A stretch of DNA of 64,000 nucleotides from a virus. Lineage: Duplodnaviria; Heunggongvirae; Uroviricota; Caudoviricetes. Both the position numbers and the translations under genes were made by a program. Shown here piece by piece: positions 57,478-64,000 of this stretch. Under the pieces are notes generated by a model. It saw only the letters and a program-made list of their open reading frames with translations. It was not told the DNA's origin and searched no databases. The stretch spans positions 141,556 through 205,555 of the IMG/VR virus record IMGVR_UViG_3300012933_000323. The stretch is one strand, 5' to 3'. Each line of letters opens with the position of its first letter. Positions within the stretch are counted from its first letter, which is position 1.

Positions 57478-57807
57478 TTAGAAACTTACTGATGTACCAC
57501 AGCCGCAAGAACCTACTGCATTTGGGTTTTTAATGTTGAACTGTGAGCCCATTAAATCTGACACATAGTCAATCTCTGAACCAGCCAAGTAAGCTAAGCT
57601 CATTAGATCAATTGCTAAAATGCCACCCTTACCTGTTTCATACTGTTCTTCATCTTCTTCAAGGTCTTCCTTAGTTTCAAGGATACCCCAATCATACTTA
57701 AAGCCTGAGCAACCACCGCCGGCAATGTTCAAACTGACCGCATAAGCGTTATGCTCTTTGCAAATTTCATCAATCTTATCTTTTGCTGAATCTGTCATTG
57801 TAATCAT
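57478..57807 (-). CDS. A-type Fe-S carrier (HesB/IscA/ErpA family)
   Basis: GGGCSGFKY, YLAGSEIDY, NPNAVGSCGCGTS. Confidence 0.92.
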   Translation of the reverse strand: MITMTDSAKDKIDEICKEHNAYAVSLNIAGGGCSGFKYDWGILETKEDLEEDEEQYETGKGGILAIDLMSLAYLAGSEIDYVSDLMGSQFNIKNPNAVGSCGCGTSVSF

Positions 57808-57808
57808 T

Positions 57809-58951
57809 TTAGCACCTCTTGTCTAGTTTTTCGTTCATACCTTTGTCATCATGTTCGCCTGGATTAGCAAGCCACATCTTGACAACTTCGTGGAATGTTG
57901 GTACATCCCTTAATTCTCTTACAATTCTATGCGCTTCCATATAGTTAATGTGGAATAGTTCGCAGATAGAATCAACCGGTTTATTACCGTTCATAACTTG
58001 TGAATATGTACAACCTGCATTACATACTTGTTTTAAGTTACAATCCTGGCACTTATTATAATTAGCAGGATCAAATTCTTTTTGGTAATATTGGAAGCTG
58101 AAGTTCTCATCCATTTGCATAATTTTCTTTGATGCAAATCTGGCGCATGGATAGAATTCGCCAGAACTCATTAATACACCACCATGAGTTCCTGCAAAGC
58201 ACCCGAATGGGCGTTTGCCACGAATCAAACCATATAATGAATCTAAAACAGCAAGCTTAAATAGACCGATGCTACAGAACTTACCTTCTTTGATCTTTTG
58301 GATGTAAGAATCGCCAAGTCTGGTCAATTCTACTTTGTACTGCTTAATATCATCAATAGTCCAAACGTCATCACGAACTAATGAGAAGTCAGGGTGATCA
58401 ATGCCCCATTCCAATAAGAACTCAAAGTTCTCTGTCATGCTGGCAGAGTTTCCTGGCCAGATCATAACTTTACAACCGTTGGTCAAACTTTGAATGATTT
58501 CTTTCTTATGGTTGTACATATCAAGAATACCGTTAAATAATTCGCCGGTTTCTGGATTAGTGTTCTCCAATAATGGTAAGAGCGGTCGTGAATCATTTGA
58601 ACCCATACCGTCAAATGACCAAGATACACCGACATTGTTTTCTTTAATCCACTTTGCCTTTTCAGCGTCAACCATCGTTAAGTTTGTAATGATGTTGATA
58701 CCAGTATTTTTAGGATCTGCTTTTAAAATTGGCACAGCATATTGGATCAAGTCCCAATTCAGCATTGGTTCACCACCAAAGAACGATACATAGTAATCTT
58801 TATCACCAGATCGTTCCATTAGTGCATGTACATCCACAATACCTTTATCAAAGACTTCTTTGGTCATCCATGTTGGTCTATTTGCCACATAGCAATATGG
58901 GCAACCAAGGTTACATTTCTCAGTGACTGAGATTTCTAGTGTAAACGACAT
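57809..58951 (-). CDS. Radical SAM/SPASM domain protein
   Basis: CNLGCPYC, FFGGEP, SFDG. SPASM: CFAG..GEFYPC..CQDC..VCNAGC..IC. Confidence 0.93.
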   Translation of the reverse strand: MSFTLEISVTEKCNLGCPYCYVANRPTWMTKEVFDKGIVDVHALMERSGDKDYYVSFFGGEPMLNWDLIQYAVPILKADPKNTGINIITNLTMVDAEKAKWIKENNVGVSWSFDGMGSNDSRPLLPLLENTNPETGELFNGILDMYNHKKEIIQSLTNGCKVMIWPGNSASMTENFEFLLEWGIDHPDFSLVRDDVWTIDDIKQYKVELTRLGDSYIQKIKEGKFCSIGLFKLAVLDSLYGLIRGKRPFGCFAGTHGGVLMSSGEFYPCARFASKKIMQMDENFSFQYYQKEFDPANYNKCQDCNLKQVCNAGCTYSQVMNGNKPVDSICELFHINYMEAHRIVRELRDVPTFHEVVKMWLANPGEHDDKGMNEKLDKRC

Positions 58952-58960
58952 TCCTATCCT

Positions 58961-60139
58961 TTAAAATCGTACTTCGCAAGCTTTCTTTTCAGCTTGGATT
59001 GGTAACTGTTTTGCGACTGTCAATAGAGACTTATGAATGATGTCATTTAGTTTGAAGATCTTACAAAGGTTAACGTTCTTTGTAGTCCACTTCATTTCGT
59101 ATTCTTTCAACGGAACGATGTTAATCTTCTTCTTTGCTGTTTCTTTTGTGCTCGGTAAGTTGAATGAACCAGCTGGGCACTTCATACAGAACAAACTTTT
59201 ACAGCCTTGGCAATCATCATTCATATGATTGATCAGATACTTATATTTATCTGTAGCTTTATCAAGGATATCGACAATATCTTCATTATAGATATTACCA
59301 ATCTCGTGTTCTTGATGGTCTTCATACATTGTGCCATGGCATGGTGAAACTGCTCCATCAAGGTTAATGCTGAAGTAATTCACACCAGCAGAACACAATG
59401 CTCGACTATTTTGGAACCACCCAAATGAGTTAACTGGAAGTTTATGATCATAGATATGCTTAGCAATTTTAGCCAAACCATTCTTCAGATCTTCCATATA
59501 TTGCTCTGCATCTTCCTTAACATAATCTGAATATGTATCAGGTGTAGGGAAGTAATTTGCGTTACCAGGAATACTTACCACATCTACGAATGCTTCATAG
59601 ATTAAGTGGAATGTCCGTGGTGTAATTGTTGATTTGATAGAACGCTGAACACCAATTTCGCCAAGAACAGCAAACGCTTCTTTAACTAATTCTGATGTGC
59701 TACCATTTTTCTTGGTTAAGCGTTCAATGTCATTAATTGCTTTGCCATCATATGAGATTTGAATCGCAAGGCGATTCTGACCACGGTCATTTTGACCTAA
59801 TAGTTTATTAACAACTTTAATGGAATCTTTGTACTTCTTGATGTACGTGCCGTTTGTATAGAAGAAGAATTTCACGTTCTTTCTCTTGGCATAGAATGTC
59901 ATCAAGTCCAGACAGTAGTTCATGTTCATCATTGGTTCACCGCCCCAAAAGGAGATGTCAATTTGTTCGTCTGGTTTCTTTTCAAGAACACTGCTAATGA
60001 ACTTGATAATATCTTGAGTTTTTACGTCCGTTTTGGAGTTCTCAATTTTAGCGAGATCCGGCATTTCTGGATTATGGCCTTCACTGCAATATTTGCAACC
60101 TAAATTACAGGTGCTTGTTACGTTAATGTCTAAGTTCAC
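58961..60139 (-). CDS. Radical SAM/SPASM domain protein
   Basis: CNLGCKYC, FWGGEP, YTNG, ISYDG. SPASM: CSAG..GAVSPC..CQGC..FCMKC..LC. Confidence 0.93.
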   Translation of the reverse strand: MNLDINVTSTCNLGCKYCSEGHNPEMPDLAKIENSKTDVKTQDIIKFISSVLEKKPDEQIDISFWGGEPMMNMNYCLDLMTFYAKRKNVKFFFYTNGTYIKKYKDSIKVVNKLLGQNDRGQNRLAIQISYDGKAINDIERLTKKNGSTSELVKEAFAVLGEIGVQRSIKSTITPRTFHLIYEAFVDVVSIPGNANYFPTPDTYSDYVKEDAEQYMEDLKNGLAKIAKHIYDHKLPVNSFGWFQNSRALCSAGVNYFSINLDGAVSPCHGTMYEDHQEHEIGNIYNEDIVDILDKATDKYKYLINHMNDDCQGCKSLFCMKCPAGSFNLPSTKETAKKKINIVPLKEYEMKWTTKNVNLCKIFKLNDIIHKSLLTVAKQLPIQAEKKACEVRF

Positions 60140-60156
60140 ATCTATCCTTTTCTTGA

Positions 60157-60195
60157 AACAAAAAATGACTTGTTAATTAATTATAACAAGCCATT
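60157..60195 (-). terminator. Intrinsic terminator-like hairpin after the fibre operon
   Basis: Minus strand AATGGCTTGTTA-taattaat-TAACAAGTCATT followed by a T-run. Confidence 0.55.
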
Positions 60196-60202
60196 CCTTA
60201 AA
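60180..60202 (-). promoter_or_regulatory. Sigma70-type promoter TTTAA-N12-TATAAT heading the rSAM cluster
   Basis: Minus strand TTTAAggaatggcttgtTATAAT (TGn extended -10), 40 nt upstream of GTG 60139. Confidence 0.65.
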
Positions 60203-60231
60203 TTTTAGGTTGATTATTCTAAAGAATAATC

Positions 60232-61545
60232 TTAAACCTTAACCATCACTGTTCCGTTTTCTGAATCAGCTAACGCTACACCGACGATGTTTAATTTTTC
60301 TGCATCTAACAAATCAAATTTGTTAACGCCGATTACTTTACCATCTTCGAAAGCAACGCAATACTGTCCTTTCTTAACTGGTCCGTGGCATTTAACTGGT
60401 ACTTTACCTTTCAACGCTACATATTGGAAACCATCACCAGCTTCAGAGTTCAACATTAAACCTGGATTAGCGGAGATTACGCCAGCTAAGGCACCGCCTT
60501 GGAATAACGTGATTTCTTTATCGCCACCAACTTCTACAACTGTACCAACTTCGTATTGTACATCTGATTCGTATTTTTCTGCCAAGTCGGCATAACGAGC
60601 CTGTGTAGCAACACCAGAGAATGTACCAGCATATAGCACGTTAGAATATGGATTATACGCTAAGTTTGCGTCATTACGAATACGCTGCTGAGCAGAACCA
60701 ATACCAGAGAAGTTGATGTAATACGTACCGTTTGTAGCATCATCACGTGTTACATATGTGTAATCAGAATATGTACTTGATGTAGCATTACCTGCAAAGT
60801 TGTTACATGTGATTGTGTTTGTAGCTGGGTTAATCGTAATTTCATTGTCATGGAACATGTTCTGATTACCAGAACCGCCACTACCAACGAAGCTTAGGAA
60901 ATAGTTACCGTTACCATCACCTTCAGTGCTATAGATAGTTGAAGCGCTTGTTGCATTACCTGCAAAGTTAGCACATATGATAGTATTAGTACCTGGGTTT
61001 ACAAGAATTTCATTATCGTGAAATGCTTGTTGGTAACCAGTAGCACTACTACCAAAGAGACCCATTACATAGTTGCCGTTTGCATCAGTCTCTGTACTGT
61101 AAACCGTATCAGCCTTTTGCGAAGTACCGTATAAGTAGTTAGCAAAAATGCTGTTGAATTTTAAAGCAGATGTACCGATATCGCTTGAACTGGTAGTAAC
61201 TGGTGTAATTGTACCAGATACGTCAATGCTTGTACTATGTACATATGACGCAAATAAGTCATTGAAACGTTTTGATGATGAACCGAGATCATATGCATTA
61301 TCCGTTGACGGAATCATATGACCAGATAATGTAGCATCACCGGTTGCATTTACATACCTAACGTCCATCTCGGTTTGGCTGATAATCTTTCGTACCGCTT
61401 TATCGAAAATGTTGTTAGAAATTTTTGTAAATACATCACCAGTAGTCTTTTCAAAGGCAGTACCTGTTGCTGCACTAATAAAGTCTCCATCTCCAACAAG
61501 TGAAGAACCGTCGGCCTTATAAGTAAAATTTTGATATATAGACAT
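60232..61545 (-). CDS. Tail fibre protein with internal repeats and C-terminal autoprocessing/chaperone-type domain
   Basis: YDLGSSSKRF repeats and three ~57-aa repeats ending FAGNATS. C-terminal ARYADLAEKY...GVISANP..VALKGKVPVKC. Confidence 0.8.
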   Translation of the reverse strand: MSIYQNFTYKADGSSLVGDGDFISAATGTAFEKTTGDVFTKISNNIFDKAVRKIISQTEMDVRYVNATGDATLSGHMIPSTDNAYDLGSSSKRFNDLFASYVHSTSIDVSGTITPVTTSSSDIGTSALKFNSIFANYLYGTSQKADTVYSTETDANGNYVMGLFGSSATGYQQAFHDNEILVNPGTNTIICANFAGNATSASTIYSTEGDGNGNYFLSFVGSGGSGNQNMFHDNEITINPATNTITCNNFAGNATSSTYSDYTYVTRDDATNGTYYINFSGIGSAQQRIRNDANLAYNPYSNVLYAGTFSGVATQARYADLAEKYESDVQYEVGTVVEVGGDKEITLFQGGALAGVISANPGLMLNSEAGDGFQYVALKGKVPVKCHGPVKKGQYCVAFEDGKVIGVNKFDLLDAEKLNIVGVALADSENGTVMVKV

Positions 61546-61576
61546 GTTTATACCCTTCTATTTTAGTATTTCTTAT

Positions 61577-61584
61577 TATTTATA
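61577..61584 (-). promoter_or_regulatory. Late promoter TATAAATA
   Basis: Exact match upstream of 61545. Confidence 0.7.
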
Positions 61585-61624
61585 CTCAGGAGTTATGTTT
61601 TGAAACCCATAAATCCTGGTTGGG

Positions 61625-61849
61625 TTATAGTACAAAGTCAGGACTGGCCGGCGAAAGAGGCCATGTAATTTCATCAGGAAACGATTCCTGTTTAGTAATA
61701 TCTCTTAATGCTTGGCGATATGTTGCCCATGCTGCCTTCAATTCTGGGCTAAGATTAACATCTGGCATCTGAGTCCAATCGCTAAGAAGTAGCATCTTAT
61801 TACGGCGGATTAGTGCGTCAATTTTATTTTGATCTGGGTGGTAATACAT
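61625..61849 (-). CDS. Tail fibre assembly chaperone
   Basis: RRNKMLLLSDWTQMPD...WATYRQALRDITKQ..FP..ITWP. Confidence 0.88.
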   Translation of the reverse strand: MYYHPDQNKIDALIRRNKMLLLSDWTQMPDVNLSPELKAAWATYRQALRDITKQESFPDEITWPLSPASPDFVL

Positions 61850-61858
61850 TACTTATCC

Positions 61859-63334
61859 TTATTGAATATCTATCATGAACCCAATCATTGAACCCATGTT
61901 ATACATATTGTCTGTTGCAGTTGTATAGGTAAATGATAGTTCCATGCCAGAATATGCTATTGATGAACAGTTAAAGAACGTATAACTTGTACTTTGGCCG
62001 GTTGCTTCATTGTACCCGCCAACACGTATAATGACTTGGTTAATACCTGGGTTAGCTGCAAGAATTTGTTGTATAGCAGTAATTGTTGTCTGTACTGCGT
62101 CTGGTCCCATTGGGTAATTTGGCCAAACTTTTGCCGTCGTTGGTGACCCGTATTGTGGGTTAAATTGAAGCTGACTATAATTTAAATTGCCAAATGAAAC
62201 TGTCGGCCAAATTCTATTTAAATTATCAGAATATTGCGGTGCATTTGACAACGGGATCACCGACATTTGCCCGTTAGATAATTGTACAGATAATGAAGTA
62301 GGGCCGTTAGCGGTAAGTGTTGGCTTCATTACACCAGGACTCCAAGAAGGTGGTGCTGAATAGTATTGGTTCTGATCAGAGCATGACAAGATGATCATTG
62401 AATACATTAATGTTGAACTCGACCAAGGTGTAAGTACCTGATCAATTGCGTTCACCGCATTAATAAATGCAGTTAAGTCAGATGGACTATTAAATTCAAT
62501 GATGCCATTGTATGGATTAACTGAAGAAACGGCCCAACCGTTTCCATTTACTGGGCCACTTGAACCGCCGCCACTTGAAACTGGCACATCGCCATAAGTC
62601 ATTTCACCAGACATGCTATCATAGTAAATAACTTTTGACGTGGTACCTGATCTAACTGGCTTAATGAATAGACCTTGTGTATTAGCATTAAGTACACCAC
62701 CTGATGCATTGATGATAATGCTATTTCCAACCTGTGTACCGTTTCCAGCATATGCACCAAGTGCAACAGCATAGTCACCCTGATAATATGCACCAGCATA
62801 TGCACCAATTGCTACTGATTGACCACCTTGTGCTTCATACCCAGCTTCAACGCCAAGTGCTACCGATGAACCCATTTGGTAATTGCGCCCAGCGTTTGTA
62901 CCAATAGCTACAGAATATATGTTCTGACCAGTTGCGCCGCTGTTTGCGCCGATCTTAATTTCTGTAAGAGTTGAGTAATCTACACCGCCACCGGAAATAG
63001 TAATATTACCAGATCCAAGTAACGAATTTCCATTAACCGTTTTTATATTAGTACCAGATACCAACGTTGGTTGCACAGTAATATTACCTGCCCCAAGTAA
63101 TGAAGTACTGTTTAAAGATTTGATATTAGTGCCAGATACTAATGTTGCTTGTTTACCAGCAAGTGAAGTATTCACAGTTACAGCAAAGTTAGCATCGTTT
63201 GCTAATGCCGCTGCCAACTCTTTAAGCGTGTCTAACTGCGCAGGTGCAGTATCTAAAACTGTCGCTAATGCAGATGAACCGATTGAACCTGTGTTTGATA
63301 CAAGTAATTTAGCTAGGTTACGGCCCTTAGACAT
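61859..63334 (-). CDS. Tail fibre protein with YadA-head-like repeats
   Basis: APAQLDTLKELAAALANDANF, duplicated LVSGTNIK...SLLGxGNIT, repeated SVAIGxxAG units. Confidence 0.8.
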   Translation of the reverse strand: MSKGRNLAKLLVSNTGSIGSSALATVLDTAPAQLDTLKELAAALANDANFAVTVNTSLAGKQATLVSGTNIKSLNSTSLLGAGNITVQPTLVSGTNIKTVNGNSLLGSGNITISGGGVDYSTLTEIKIGANSGATGQNIYSVAIGTNAGRNYQMGSSVALGVEAGYEAQGGQSVAIGAYAGAYYQGDYAVALGAYAGNGTQVGNSIIINASGGVLNANTQGLFIKPVRSGTTSKVIYYDSMSGEMTYGDVPVSSGGGSSGPVNGNGWAVSSVNPYNGIIEFNSPSDLTAFINAVNAIDQVLTPWSSSTLMYSMIILSCSDQNQYYSAPPSWSPGVMKPTLTANGPTSLSVQLSNGQMSVIPLSNAPQYSDNLNRIWPTVSFGNLNYSQLQFNPQYGSPTTAKVWPNYPMGPDAVQTTITAIQQILAANPGINQVIIRVGGYNEATGQSTSYTFFNCSSIAYSGMELSFTYTTATDNMYNMGSMIGFMIDIQ

Positions 63335-63695
63335 TTGTTACCTCTACAACAGGAACTTCTACCCATGAAGTTGTTGCTTCGTCCCAGTTATAAACCTTGC
63401 CATCATTTGGGTAAGGTTTTGGCGGATTCCATAAACATGTTTCTTCGTTAAGAACCCATGATTGATATGGTTTTGGAGGAATGAACGCGTCTTTATCACG
63501 ATTGTACGTGAAACCAATACCTGCGTAATTTTTACGTAAAGCAGTACCACCTTGGGTATGTACTCCACCGTGTGTATTATATGATGTTTGAATCCATTCA
63601 CCTGGAGAAGTATCCACGAATGTTTCAAAGAATTCTGGTTCTGCTACAATAACTTGTGTAACGAAACCATTTTGTACTTTTGCGAAATGTGCCAT
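63327..63695 (-). CDS. Conserved fibre-associated phage protein
   Basis: MAHFAKV...WIQTSYN...RKNYAGIGFTY...DAFIPPKPYQSW. Confidence 0.75.
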   Translation of the reverse strand: MAHFAKVQNGFVTQVIVAEPEFFETFVDTSPGEWIQTSYNTHGGVHTQGGTALRKNYAGIGFTYNRDKDAFIPPKPYQSWVLNEETCLWNPPKPYPNDGKVYNWDEATTSWVEVPVVEVTNV

Positions 63696-63707
63696 TTTTA
63701 TTTTTCC

Positions 63708-64000
63708 TTATGCCGTGAATGTACCTGAGCTTGTAAATGTATGGTATGTATAACCACCTGATGATGTTACCGTTCCACCGGTACCACGTTGGGCACCAGC
63801 ATAACGAACTATTACAATTCCTGAGCCACCTGAACCTTGTGATGCCCCACCGTTATATACACCGTTTCCACCATTTCCGCTATTAGAAGCTTCAGATGTT
63901 GGCATACCATTAGAACCACCATATCCACCACGAGAATATGTAGATCCATTTAACCAAGTAGCACCGGCTCCGCCAACACCACCAGATCCACCACCTGAAC
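63708..64000 (-). CDS. Gly-rich fibre/virion protein, 3' part (5' end beyond the window)
   Basis: Frame is open to the window edge and ends GGSGIVIVRY...GGTVTSSGGYTYHTFTSSGTFTA. Confidence 0.75.
   Translation of the reverse strand, partial: SGGGSGGVGGAGATWLNGSTYSRGGYGGSNGMPTSEASNSGNGGNGVYNGGASQGSGGSGIVIVRYAGAQRGTGGTVTSSGGYTYHTFTSSGTFTA

Noticed and set aside
46066-60139. rSAM genes as a 7-deazaguanine (QueE) DNA-modification or anaerobic RNR activase (NrdG) system
   Set aside because: No QueC, QueD, FolE, DpdA or NrdD is recognisable in the window, and SPASM/twitch tails do not fit those families. Genes elsewhere in the genome cannot be excluded.
60232-64000. Diversity-generating retroelement or invertase acting on the fibre genes
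   Set aside because: No reverse transcriptase, recombinase or adenine-variant repeat pair was seen.
1-64000. Stop-codon reassignment
   Set aside because: Core genes are full length in the standard code and coding density is high.
1-64000. tRNA or other structured RNA genes
   Set aside because: Intergenic gaps are short and occupied by promoters or terminators. No cloverleaf was recognised by eye, and tRNAscan/Infernal would be needed to be sure.

Overview
This is a 64-kb segment of a large, AT-rich, T4-like myovirus using the standard genetic code. Its head, tail and baseplate proteins resemble the Campylobacter-phage branch (my recall, not a database search). Layout: (1) 1-13 kb holds small accessory genes, a vWA/metallopeptidase, endonuclease VII, gp33/gp55 late-transcription factors, gp3, dNMP kinase, dCMP deaminase, class Ia NrdAB and a betaproteobacterial-looking IscA. 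(2) 13-35.7 kb holds fibre, baseplate, tail-tube and head genes up to the major capsid protein, under TATAAATA late promoters. (3) 35.7-37.1 kb holds thyA and DHFR. (4) 37.1-40.8 kb is a late module of exported and membrane proteins, including a 22-aa Cys/Tyr repeat protein. (5) 40.9-60.1 kb is a ~19-kb co-oriented biosynthetic cluster. It has nine radical SAM enzymes (two with full SPASM domains), a U32-family Fe-S protein, an A-type Fe-S carrier, a flavin-dependent halogenase, a split transketolase, nucleotide-sugar enzymes and glycosyltransferases. Inside it is a small gene whose product has 12 Cys in four CxCNC(N/D)Y repeats fused directly to the Ser-Asp autocleavage site of an S74 tail-fibre chaperone. 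(6) 60.2-64 kb holds tail-fibre genes. The best candidate for an undescribed system is this phage-encoded RiPP-like or virion-tailoring pathway: a self-cleaving Cys-rich substrate plus rSAM/SPASM maturases, a halogenase and glycosylation enzymes. No tRNA, rRNA, CRISPR array, integrase or transposase was recognised. All family calls come from reading motifs by eye, without database searches.
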